In this document: positions 49,467 to 59,313 of the stretch, piece by piece
Layout: every line of letters starts with the position of its first letter
Numbering within the stretch: the first letter of the stretch is position 1
Program-made: the position numbers and the translations under genes
From: Alphaproteobacteria bacterium
GTDB lineage: Bacteria; Pseudomonadota; Alphaproteobacteria; UBA828
DNA: 64,000 bases
NCBI GenBank assembly: GCA_963422645.2
Contig: CAXXVO010000008.1
Coordinates: 352,001 to 416,000 of the forward strand
Direction of reading: 5' to 3'
The notes under the pieces: generated by a model
The model's input: the letters and a program-made list of their open reading frames with translations, nothing else
The model's database searches: none
Told to the model about the DNA's origin: nothing

Positions 49467-50763
49467 CCCGCCGAGCAACGCGCGCGCAGTCGCAGCCCAT
49501 GCCTTGGGCGCGATCCTGCGCCGGGGCCGCACCCTGGACCAGGCGCTCGCTGCCGCGCCGGGGCTGGACTCGCTTGCCTCGCGCGACGCAGCCTTTGCGC
49601 GGCTGCTGCTGCTCACCACGCTCCGCCGGCACGGCCAGATCGACGCCTTTCTGGCGGGGCTCATGGACCGCCCCTTGCCGGCGCGGCGAGGGGCGGTGCA
49701 GGACCTGCTGCGCCTCGGGGTCTGCCAGCTGGCCTTCCTGGAAACGCCTGCCCATGCGGCAGTGGCGAGCACCGTCGCGCTCGCGCAAGGATCGCGTCTC
49801 TCGCCCTATCGCGGGCTCGTCAATGCGGTGCTTCGCCGCGCCAGCCGCGAGCACGGCACCATCGCAGCGCTTGACGCACCCCGCCTCAACACCCCGGACT
49901 GGCTCTGGAATAGCTGGACCGAAGCCTACGGCGAGGCAACCTGCCGGGCCATCGCGGAGGCCCATCCGGGTGAGCCGCCGCTCGACCTCTCGCCGGTCTC
50001 CGACGCGGAGGACCGTATCGAGGCGTTGCGCGCCACGCTTGGTGCGCAACGTCTGCCCGGAGGCACGCTCCGGCTGCGCGGCGCCGGCGAGGTGACGCGC
50101 CTTGCGGGCTACGACGCGGGTGAGTGGTGGGTGCAGGATGCGGCCGCAGCGCTGCCGGCCCGCCTGCTCGGCACTGTCGCGGGCAAACGCGTGCTGGAGA
50201 TCGGCGCCGCCCCCGGTGGAAAAAGCGCGCAGCTCGCTGCGGCCGGCGCGCGGGTCGTCGCCCTCGACCGCTCCGGCTCTCGCCTCGGCCGGCTCAGGGA
50301 GAACCTCGCCAGGCTCCGCCTCGAGGCCGAGATCGTCGAAGCCGATGCCCTGGAATGGAGCCCACCGGCGCAGGCCGACACGGTGCTTCTCGATGCGCCC
50401 TGCACCGCGACGGGAACGATTCGGCGCCATCCCGATATTCCGCACCTCCGCGGCCCCGCCGACGTGAGCCGCCTCGCCGCACTACAGGGCCGGCTGCTTG
50501 CCCGCACCGCCGCCATGGTGGCGCCGGGGGGCCTTCTGGTCTACGTGAGCTGCTCGCTCCAGCCCGAAGAATGCGAGCGCCGGGTAGACGCATTTCTCGC
50601 GGCCTCGCCCAACTTCGCGCGCATTCCAGTGCTGGCGGACGAGCTTCCGGGTCTCCACGAGGCCGTCACGGCGGTCGGCGATCTGCGCACCTTGCCGTGC
50701 CATTGGGCGGAGCATGGCGGAATGGACGGCTTCTATGCCGCACGCTTGCAGCACCACCCCTAA
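49450..50763 (+). CDS. rsmB: RsmB/NOP family RNA m5C methyltransferase with NusB-like domain
   Basis: VNAVLR, WWVQDAAA, AAPGGKS, LLDAPCTATGTIRRHPD, CSL.PEE, MDGFYAARL. Start approximate. Confidence 0.9.
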   Translation: MSSTNSPPSNARAVAAHALGAILRRGRTLDQALAAAPGLDSLASRDAAFARLLLLTTLRRHGQIDAFLAGLMDRPLPARRGAVQDLLRLGVCQLAFLETPAHAAVASTVALAQGSRLSPYRGLVNAVLRRASREHGTIAALDAPRLNTPDWLWNSWTEAYGEATCRAIAEAHPGEPPLDLSPVSDAEDRIEALRATLGAQRLPGGTLRLRGAGEVTRLAGYDAGEWWVQDAAAALPARLLGTVAGKRVLEIGAAPGGKSAQLAAAGARVVALDRSGSRLGRLRENLARLRLEAEIVEADALEWSPPAQADTVLLDAPCTATGTIRRHPDIPHLRGPADVSRLAALQGRLLARTAAMVAPGGLLVYVSCSLQPEECERRVDAFLAASPNFARIPVLADELPGLHEAVTAVGDLRTLPCHWAEHGGMDGFYAARLQHHP

Positions 50764-50782
50764 GCTGGTACCAGACCTCGCC

Positions 50783-51514
50783 ATGCAGCAGGGGCTTCGG
50801 ATCGCAGCGTCCGTTCTGGCGGCGGACTTTTCGCGCCTCGGCGAGGAGGTGCGGGCGGTCTCGGACGCGGGTGCGGACTGGCTGCACGTCGATGTGATGG
50901 ATGGCCACTTCGTGCCCAACCTGACCATCGGCGCGAGTGTCGTGGCAGCCCTCCGGCCCCACAGCACACGGCCCTTCGACGTGCATCTGATGGTCTCGCC
51001 GGTCGACCCCTATATCGAGTCTTTCGCCGAGGCCGGTGCCGACGCCATAACCGTCCACGTCGAAGCAGGCGCGCACCTGCACCGCACTCTCCAGCGCATC
51101 AAGAGCACGGGCAAGCGGGCGGGGGTCGCGCTCAACCCGGCGACGCCGATCCACGCCGTCGAACCGGTCTTGGGCGACATCGATCTGGTACTGGTGATGA
51201 GCGTCAACCCGGGATTCGGCGGCCAGCGCTTCATCCCGAGCCAGTTCGGCAAGATCGAGGCGCTTAGGGGGCTGATCGACGCCAGCGGGCGCACCGTCGA
51301 TCTCTCCGTCGATGGCGGGATCGACGAGCACACGGCCGGCCTTGCCACGAGCGCGGGCGCCGATGTCTTGGTGGCAGGCTCGGCGAGCTTCGCCGGGGGA
51401 CAGGCCGAGTATTCCGCTAACATCGCGCGACTGAGGGCAGCCGGGGAGGCGGGGCGCACGGCTCCGCACGGCGCCCGAACGCGGCCGCGCGCGATTGGCG
51501 CGTCGGCCTCCTAA
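50783..51514 (+). CDS. rpe: Ribulose-phosphate 3-epimerase
   Basis: HVDVMDGHFVPNLTIG, DVHLM, MSVNPGFGGQ, VDGG. Confidence 0.97.
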   Translation: MQQGLRIAASVLAADFSRLGEEVRAVSDAGADWLHVDVMDGHFVPNLTIGASVVAALRPHSTRPFDVHLMVSPVDPYIESFAEAGADAITVHVEAGAHLHRTLQRIKSTGKRAGVALNPATPIHAVEPVLGDIDLVLVMSVNPGFGGQRFIPSQFGKIEALRGLIDASGRTVDLSVDGGIDEHTAGLATSAGADVLVAGSASFAGGQAEYSANIARLRAAGEAGRTAPHGARTRPRAIGASAS

Positions 51515-51531
51515 CTCCTAACTCCGACCCC

Positions 51532-53196
51532 ATGGGCTCGCGGGACGAGCAGGCCTCGGAGGGCTTTCTCGGCGCCCTGCGACGGTTCCGCAGCCGCGCC
51601 TCAGGGCGAGGGGCGCAGGAGGAAGCGCCGGAACTTCTACACCTGCCGGTCGATCTCGTGCCGGGGGTGGCCGGGCGTGGCGAAGCGCTGGTCGGCGGGC
51701 ACTATGAGTTCGGCGGCCAAACGCTCCGCGCCGGCGAGGTCGGCGAGCGCGGCGAAGCGCCCTGGCGTCACCAGGGTGCCGGCGAATACTGGCTCGGCGA
51801 GCTCCACAGCTTCGCCTGGCTGCGCGACCTGCGCGCGGTGGGCACCGCCTCGGCAGCGGAGCGCGCCCGCTCGCTGGTGCTCGACTGGCTACAGCAGCAT
51901 CGCACGATCGCAAACGCGGTACCGGCGTGGAGGCCAGAGCCCCTCGCGCGGCGCCTCTCCGCCTGGCTCGCCCACAGCGAGTTCCTGTTGCAGGGCGCCG
52001 ACGACGAGTTCTCCCAGCGCTTTCATCGGGCGCTTGAGCTCCAGGCCAACCACCTGGCGCGCATGGCGCGCAATGGGACCGAGGGGCTGACGCAACTGAT
52101 CGCTTGCAGGGGATTGATCGAGACCGGGCTTTGCCTTTCCGACGGCGAGCGCCGCGTCACCCAGGGCTTCAAGCTCCTCGAAGCGGCGCTGGTTCAGCAG
52201 GTGCTGGGCGACGGTTGCTATGTCCAGAGAAACCCGGCGGCGCAACTCGAGGCACTATGGTGCCTCGCGGGGCTGCACGCGACCCTCGACGGGAGTGAGC
52301 GCCCGGCCGGACAAACCCTCTCGGAAGCGATCGCCCGGCTCGCATCGACGCTGCGCCTGTTCCGCCACGGCGACGGCGGGCTCGCGCTCTTCAACGGCGC
52401 CGTCGAAGAGGAGCGAGGCCTGATCGACCTCGCTCTCAGCCGGGCAGCGGCAAGCGTCGGTGCTACTCCGCTCAATGCGCCCCACACCGGGTTCCGGCGC
52501 ATCGAGGGCAGGCACGCAATTCTGATCGCGGACACCGGCGCGCCGGCGGCCATCGGGAGCTGGGCTCATGCCGGTACGCTGAGCTTCGAGATGAGCGCAG
52601 GGCGAGAGCGCCTGATCGTCAACTGCGGCGGCTGGCGCGGGCCGGACGACGGCTGGCGCGAAGCGCTGCGTGGCACGGCGGCCCACAGCACGCTCGTTGT
52701 GGACGACACCAATTCCACCGCCCTCGGCGCGGACGGCGGCATTTCGGAAGGCCCAAAGTCGGTGAGGGTGGAGCGGCGCGATCAGGACGGCGCGACCTGG
52801 ATCGACACCGACCACGACGGCTACCTCGACACGCTCGGCCTGGTTCACAAGCGCAGACTCTACGCGGGCGCCGAGGGCGGCGATGTGCGCGGCGAGGACA
52901 CGCTCACACACTTGCGGCAACGACGGCGGCGAGGGCGCCAATTCGCCGTGCGCTTCCACCTGCATCCCGACGTGCGCTGCGCGATGACCGAGGACCGGCG
53001 CGCCGCCCTCCTGCGGCTCCAAAGCGGCGCGGTCTGGCAGATGCGCGCCGCCGGCGCGTCGATGAGCATCGACGAGAGCGTTTATGCCGGGGACGGAGCG
53101 ACTCGGCGGCGCACGTCTCAGGTCGCGCTGATCGGCCCGGTCGAGGACACCACCACGGTCAAGTGGGCGCTCAAGCTCCTGCCCAAGGGCAACTGA
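51532..53196 (+). CDS. Heparinase II/III family protein
   Basis: LHSFAWLRDL, FRHGDGGLALFNG, HAGTLSFE, TAAHSTL, HDGY, RFHLHP; usual neighbour of rsmB-rpe. Confidence 0.88.
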   Translation: MGSRDEQASEGFLGALRRFRSRASGRGAQEEAPELLHLPVDLVPGVAGRGEALVGGHYEFGGQTLRAGEVGERGEAPWRHQGAGEYWLGELHSFAWLRDLRAVGTASAAERARSLVLDWLQQHRTIANAVPAWRPEPLARRLSAWLAHSEFLLQGADDEFSQRFHRALELQANHLARMARNGTEGLTQLIACRGLIETGLCLSDGERRVTQGFKLLEAALVQQVLGDGCYVQRNPAAQLEALWCLAGLHATLDGSERPAGQTLSEAIARLASTLRLFRHGDGGLALFNGAVEEERGLIDLALSRAAASVGATPLNAPHTGFRRIEGRHAILIADTGAPAAIGSWAHAGTLSFEMSAGRERLIVNCGGWRGPDDGWREALRGTAAHSTLVVDDTNSTALGADGGISEGPKSVRVERRDQDGATWIDTDHDGYLDTLGLVHKRRLYAGAEGGDVRGEDTLTHLRQRRRRGRQFAVRFHLHPDVRCAMTEDRRAALLRLQSGAVWQMRAAGASMSIDESVYAGDGATRRRTSQVALIGPVEDTTTVKWALKLLPKGN

Positions 53197-53408
53197 GGGA
53201 GTTCCCGACGCGCCTGGGCAAGACACGAAACCACTTGCAAAGCGAGCCACAATGGACCAACAAGGGTCCGTCGGTAGCACGTGACCTTGATGTATCTTCG
53301 CTGACTGGCTCCAGCCGGGCCAAGCTACTCTAGAGACACGGTGCGCCCTGTACACCCGCGATGCCGCCATGCGCGGCGCGGGCGCTAAACTTTGCGAAAG
53401 GAGTAGTC

Positions 53409-53618
53409 ATGGCAACTGGTACGGTGAAGTGGTTCAACTCGGTCAAAGGCTACGGCTTCATTCAGCCGAGCGACGGGTCCAAGGACGCGTTCGTCCACAT
53501 TTCCGCTGTCGAGCAGGCGGGGCTTACCAACCTGCGCGAAGGCCAGAAGGTCGAGTACGAACTGACGCCCGGGCGGGACGGCAGAGCGTCGGCGGAGAAC
53601 CTGGGCGTTCTGGACTAA
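53409..53618 (+). CDS. cspA: Cold-shock protein
   Basis: MATGTVKWFNSVKGYGFI..DAFVHISAVE; RBS AAGGAG. Confidence 0.95.
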   Translation: MATGTVKWFNSVKGYGFIQPSDGSKDAFVHISAVEQAGLTNLREGQKVEYELTPGRDGRASAENLGVLD

Positions 53619-53790
53619 GTCCCGAGAGACCTTCCCCATCAAACGCCGGCGGCAGGCGCCGCCGGCGTTTTGATATCGCCCGCACGTGGGCGACACGGGG
53701 TCGCTCGCGCGGGCGTCGTGACGTAACCGGCGGCACGTCGGCGGGTGGGGCGAGCCCTGCCGGCACCGCTGCCAAGCCAAAAGGAATCGA

Positions 53791-54027
53791 ATGGCACGCA
53801 AGCCCAACTACCGTTTCGCCCGCCTCGAGCGGGAGCGCAACAAGGCCGCGAGAAAGGCCGAGCGCGCCAAGCTGAAGGCCGAGCGCGCAGAACTGAGGCG
53901 GCGGGAGAAAACCGGCGAGCCGGCCGACGGCGAGACGGGCGAAGCCGTCGATGATGCTGCGGACCTGCCCGATGGCGCCTCGGACGAGTCCGCTACCGCC
54001 ACGGCGCAGGATGGGAAGCCCGCCTGA
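53791..54027 (+). CDS. Small hypothetical protein
   Basis: MARKPNYRFARLERERNKAA..; RBS AAGGA. Confidence 0.65.
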   Translation: MARKPNYRFARLERERNKAARKAERAKLKAERAELRRREKTGEPADGETGEAVDDAADLPDGASDESATATAQDGKPA

Positions 54028-54119
54028 TCGAGGCCCAGTTCAGGGAATAGCGTTGGCCGCAGGAACCAAACACCCCTGAACGATTTCCGGATGGGTCGGG
54101 CGTCGAATTCTCGTGCGCA

Positions 54120-54446
54120 TCAACGGACTTCGACCAGGACGTCGCCTTCCTTGAGAGCGGATTCAATGGCCCGCAGATGCGGGGACAGCTTGTTCCGAAG
54201 CGAGGCATTGGCCGTATTGCCGAAGCGCAGCCAGACCACCTGCAATCCTCGAGTGCGCCGTGCTCGCTCAGCAAAGTCGGCATCCTTCGACCAGATCACC
54301 GCCCCCAACTCTCGTGCCTTGGCTTCGATCACGTCATCGGTAGCGGCGCGCAAGCCGAGAGCGTCGATGTGCCGAGACGGATAGCCGTTCTCGGAAAGCC
54401 CCCGTGCCAAGCCGGGGGGCAACTGCGCGTCGATCAAGAATAGCAC
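54120..54446 (-). CDS. DUF5615/VapC45-like PIN toxin
   Basis: VLFLIDAQLP, ATDDVI, SKDADF, VVWLRFGN. Confidence 0.85.
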   Translation of the reverse strand: MLFLIDAQLPPGLARGLSENGYPSRHIDALGLRAATDDVIEAKARELGAVIWSKDADFAERARRTRGLQVVWLRFGNTANASLRNKLSPHLRAIESALKEGDVLVEVR

Positions 54447-54465
54447 TGTCAGGCGGCGAGAATGA

Positions 54466-56353
54466 GTAACTGCCCAGGTCGTCTGATTTGTCATTTTGGG
54501 CCAGTGGATTGAGGCGTTTCTCGTTCGGAGTTGGTGGAAAGGGCTTGACGGGAATTTCGGGAAATGACTCAACAACGACATGAGCAATCCCGAGTCGCCG
54601 CGCGGCCCTTCGACGGGAGCAGCGCCCGAAACGCCCGCGCAGAAGATCGCCCGCCTGGAGGAGGAGAACGCCCGGCTTCGGGAGGAAAATGCCTGGCTTC
54701 GGCAGCAGAACGCGCGGCTGGAAGAGCAAGTCGCGCGTCTCGTCGAGCGCATCGAGGAGTTGGAGCGCCGTCTCGGCCTCAACAGCGGCAACAGCGGCAA
54801 GCCGCCTTCGAGCGATGGGCTGAGGAAGCCGAATTCGAAGCGGCGAACCCGAAGCCTGCGCGGCAAATCGGGCCGCAAGCCCGGTGGCCAGCCCGGCCAC
54901 AAGGGCAAGACGCTGCGCCGCGCCGATCACCCGGATCGGGTGAAGGATCACGTCCCGGCTTCCTGCAAGGGATGCGGTTCGCCGCTTTCGGACGCGGCCA
55001 GGGCGGGAACGCCCGTCGCCCGCCAGGTGTTCGATCTGCCCGAGCCGAGCCCCCTGGAGGTGACCGAGCACCGGGCGCATGCCAAGTGCTGCGGGCATTG
55101 CGGGACGGTGACCCGGGCGGCGTTCCCCGACGGGGTGTCGGCGCCGGTGCAGTACGGCCCGCGCATTGCCGGGGTGGCGGTCTACCTTCAGCACGCTCAC
55201 TTCCTGCCGGAGGATCGGCTGTCGCAGGTGATGGCCGAGCTCTTCGGCGCGCCGGTGACGGCTGCGACGTTGGCGACGATGAGCGAGAGGGCGGCCGAGC
55301 GGCTGCGGGACGCGGCCTTGCACATACAGGACCTGGCGGCGGGCACGGCGCGGGTGAAACACATGGACGAGACCGGCTTGCGGATCGGCGGTCAGACGCA
55401 GTGGCTTCATGTGATCTGCACGCCGCTGCTGGCGGCGTACCGGGTCAGCGGCAAGCGCGGCGCCCTGCTCTCGGGTGTCTCCGGCATCGTCGTGCACGAT
55501 CACTGGAAGCCGTACTTCGCGATGGAAGGGGTGGAGCACGGCCTGTGCAACGCCCATCACCTGCGGGAGTTGCAGGCGCTGGTGGACATCGAAGGGGAGG
55601 CTTGGGCCCGGCGGATGCAGCAGCTCCTGCGCCGAGCCAATCGCGCCGCCCGCATCGCGCTGGACAAGGATATCGCCGTTCCGGCGAGGCTTGTGGCGCT
55701 GATCGAGCGCCGATACGACGAGATCATCGCCGATGCGCTGGCCTTTCACGAGAGCCAACCACCGTTCTCGCCTGGCAAGAGGAAGAAGCGCCGGAAGCGA
55801 AGGATCGGTCACAATCCGGCCTTGAGGCTGCGCGACCACAAATGCGCGGTGCTCCGGTTCCTGATCGACCTCGAGGTCGGGTTCACGAACAACGAGGCCG
55901 AGCGCGACCTTCGGATGATGAAGCTGCGCCAGAAGATCTCCGGGGGCTTCCGGTCCGCGCAGGGGGCCGAGAACTTCGCCATCCTGCGCAGCGTCATCAC
56001 CACCGCCAGAAAGCAGGGCTGGAATATCATCGAAGCCCTGACCAGCCCATCGGATCGGCTCATCGCCACCGTCAAGTGCGCGTAAGCTCACCTGGCACGG
56101 GTTCTCCAACAGCGGAGCCATTCTCATAAACGATCATGGTCGACGCCGTGCTGGACCACCCCATAGAATGAAAATCGGTGCCCGTCGCGCGGGCGGACTT
56201 CGGGCCACATCGGGGTAGCTTACCGGTCGCAGTCCGCAAGAGGGGCATCGTGAGCTGTGAAACCCGGCGACCACAGAGGAGCACACGGGCGTCGCGTGGG
56301 TAGCGTTGTGCCGAATCCCAGAGAATTTTCACAGCAAGAACCTGGGCAGTTAC
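54466..56353 (+). mobile_element. IS-A copy 6 (intact, transposase 54580-56085)
   Basis: 1888 bp, both TIRs, flanked by GAGAATGA on both sides. Confidence 0.96.
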
Positions 56354-56361
56354 GAGAATGA

Positions 56362-58249
56362 GTAACTGCCCAGGTCGTCTGATTTGTCATTTTGGGCCAG
56401 TGGATTGAGGCGTTTCTCGTTCGGAGTTGGTGGAAAGGGCTTGACGGGAATTTCGGGAAATGACTCAACAACGACATGAGCAATCCCGAGTCGCCGCGCG
56501 GCCCTTCGACGGGAGCAGCGCCCGAAACGCCCGCGCAGAAGATCGCCCGCCTGGAGGAGGAGAACGCCCGGCTTCGGGAGGAAAATGCCTGGCTTCGGCA
56601 GCAGAACGCGCGGCTGGAAGAGCAAGTCGCGCGTCTCGTCGAGCGCATCGAGGAGTTGGAGCGCCGTCTCGGCCTCAACAGCGGCAACAGCGGCAAGCCG
56701 CCTTCGAGCGATGGGCTGAGGAAGCCGAATTCGAAGCGGCGAACCCGAAGCCTGCGCGGCAAATCGGGCCGCAAGCCCGGTGGCCAGCCCGGCCACAAGG
56801 GCAAGACGCTGCGCCGCGCCGATCACCCGGATCGGGTGAAGGATCACGTCCCGGCTTCCTGCAAGGGATGCGGTTCGCCGCTTTCGGACGCGGCCAGGGC
56901 GGGAACGCCCGTCGCCCGCCAGGTGTTCGATCTGCCCGAGCCGAGCCCCCTGGAGGTGACCGAGCACCGGGCGCATGCCAAGTGCTGCGGGCATTGCGGG
57001 ACGGTGACCCGGGCGGCGTTCCCCGACGGGGTGTCGGCGCCGGTGCAGTACGGCCCGCGCATTGCCGGGGTGGCGGTCTACCTTCAGCACGCTCACTTCC
57101 TGCCGGAGGATCGGCTGTCGCAGGTGATGGCCGAGCTCTTCGGCGCGCCGGTGACGGCTGCGACGTTGGCGACGATGAGCGAGAGGGCGGCCGAGCGGCT
57201 GCGGGACGCGGCCTTGCACATACAGGACCTGGCGGCGGGCACGGCGCGGGTGAAACACATGGACGAGACCGGCTTGCGGATCGGCGGTCAGACGCAGTGG
57301 CTTCATGTGATCTGCACGCCGCTGCTGGCGGCGTACCGGGTCAGCGGCAAGCGCGGCGCCCTGCTCTCGGGTGTCTCCGGCATCGTCGTGCACGATCACT
57401 GGAAGCCGTACTTCGCGATGGAAGGGGTGGAGCACGGCCTGTGCAACGCCCATCACCTGCGGGAGTTGCAGGCGCTGGTGGACATCGAAGGGGAGGCTTG
57501 GGCCCGGCGGATGCAGCAGCTCCTGCGCCGAGCCAATCGCGCCGCCCGCATCGCGCTGGACAAGGATATCGCCGTTCCGGCGAGGCTTGTGGCGCTGATC
57601 GAGCGCCGATACGACGAGATCATCGCCGATGCGCTGGCCTTTCACGAGAGCCAACCACCGTTCTCGCCTGGCAAGAGGAAGAAGCGCCGGAAGCGAAGGA
57701 TCGGTCACAATCTGGCCTTGAGGCTGCGCGACCACAAATGCGCGGTGCTCCGGTTCCTGATCGACCTCGAGGTCGGGTTCACGAACAACGAGGCCGAGCG
57801 CGACCTTCGGATGATGAAGCTGCGCCAGAAGATCTCCGGGGGCTTCCGGTCCGCGCAGGGGGCCGAGAACTTCGCCATCCTGCGCAGCGTCATCACCACC
57901 GCCAGAAAGCAGGGCTGGAATATCATCGAAGCCCTGACCAGCCCATCGGATCGGCTCATCGCCACCGTCAAGTGCGCGTAAGCTCACCTGGCACGGGTTC
58001 TCCAACAGCGGAGCCATTCTCATAAACGATCATGGTCGACGCCGTGCTGGACCACCCCATAGAATGAAAATCGGTGCCCGTCGCGCGGGCGGACTTCGGG
58101 CCACATCGGGGTAGCTTACCGGTCGCAGTCCGCAAGAGGGGCATCGTGAGCTGTGAAACCCGGCGACCCCAGAGGAGCACACGGGCGTCGCGTGGGTAGC
58201 GTTGTGCCGAATCCCAGAGAATTTTCACAGCAAGAACCTGGGCAGTTAC
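56362..58249 (+). mobile_element. IS-A copy 7 (intact, transposase 56476-57981)
   Basis: 1888 bp, both TIRs, flanked by GAGAATGA on both sides. Confidence 0.96.
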
Positions 58250-58483
58250 GAGAATGATGCGATGCGCACTTGCAGCCGCGCCAAAGGCCAGGGCCGCCCT
58301 CAGGTCCGCTTCACTGAGGTAGGGATAGTCGGCGAGGATGTCTTCCTGTGACACGCCTTCGGCCAACAGCTCCAGGATGTCAGCCACCCTGACGCGTGTG
58401 CCACGTATATGCGGCCGCCCGCCGCAAATCGAAGCATCGATCTGTATGCGCTCGCGGACCTCCGGGTCGTCTACCGTGGCCAT
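57968..58483 (-). CDS. DUF433 antitoxin; native 80 aa, now 78 aa + 93 aa read-through into IS-A7
   Basis: ICGGRPHIRGTRVRVADILELLAEG...DYPYLSEADLRAAL; the native end GCC GCC TGA is stranded at 54457-54449. Confidence 0.88.
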   Translation of the reverse strand: MATVDDPEVRERIQIDASICGGRPHIRGTRVRVADILELLAEGVSQEDILADYPYLSEADLRAALAFGAAASAHRIILVTAQVLAVKILWDSAQRYPRDARVLLWGRRVSQLTMPLLRTATGKLPRCGPKSARATGTDFHSMGWSSTASTMIVYENGSAVGEPVPGELTRT

Positions 58484-58599
58484 GCTGGGCTCCTAGAGCA
58501 GGGTCGTAAGGAACCGGCAGAATACTGGACCAAGACGATCGCGTGTAGTTCGCAGTGTTGCATCCGCAACACAGGTTCCTATCTCTCCGCTCCCCCTCG

Positions 58600-59313
58600 T
58601 CAAGCCCCGGCCCGGTGCGCCTTCGAGAGCTTGTCCGCGAGGCGTGTGGGCTCGGGGAGCCGATAGCGCGTGGCACAGCCAAGGGTCAGCGCCACCGCAG
58701 TTCTGAGCGAGACCCGGTGGCCGGCCGAAACATAGACCGGCTTCACCCGCTCACGCGTTCGCAGGACGGCGCCAAGCCGCTCGCCGGGCCGCACGCCCTT
58801 GTCGGCAAGCAGCCACGCGACATCGCCCTTCGCCGGGCCGGGCTCATCGTGGGAGCCCGTGAGCCTCGACTTTGCGACGCCGATGGCGGGTATGTCCAGC
58901 CAGACCCCGAGGTGGCAGGCGAGCCCGAAGCGGCGGGGGTGGGCATAGCCGTGGCCGTCGCAGAGGATCAGGTCGGGCATCGTGGGGAGTTGGCGGAGAG
59001 CCTCCAGCAAGGCCGGCACCTCGCGGAAGGAGAGCAGCCCCGGCACGTAGGGAAACGTCGTCGGGCGCTCGATCAGCGCTGCGCCCGTCTGCACCGGTCC
59101 GGGATAGTCCAGCATCACCGCTGCGGCCCGAATCACCCGCCCGCCATCGGCAAAGGCGGCATCGACCCCAGCCACCCGCTTGACCGCCCGACGCCCGCCG
59201 GGGCCAAAGCGGTCCGAGCGGACCACCGTGCCGGCGAGCGCCTTCTGCAGTGCGATGGCGTCCTTGGGCGACAGGTTCCACGCGTGGAGCGGCGCGGCAG
59301 CCTTTGCCCTCAC
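58600..59313 (-). CDS. nfi: Endonuclease V
   Basis: VAGVD, FPYVPGLLSFREVP, DGHGYAHPRRFGLACHLG, IGVAKS, PEPTRLAD. Confidence 0.96.
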   Translation of the reverse strand: MRAKAAAPLHAWNLSPKDAIALQKALAGTVVRSDRFGPGGRRAVKRVAGVDAAFADGGRVIRAAAVMLDYPGPVQTGAALIERPTTFPYVPGLLSFREVPALLEALRQLPTMPDLILCDGHGYAHPRRFGLACHLGVWLDIPAIGVAKSRLTGSHDEPGPAKGDVAWLLADKGVRPGERLGAVLRTRERVKPVYVSAGHRVSLRTAVALTLGCATRYRLPEPTRLADKLSKAHRAGA

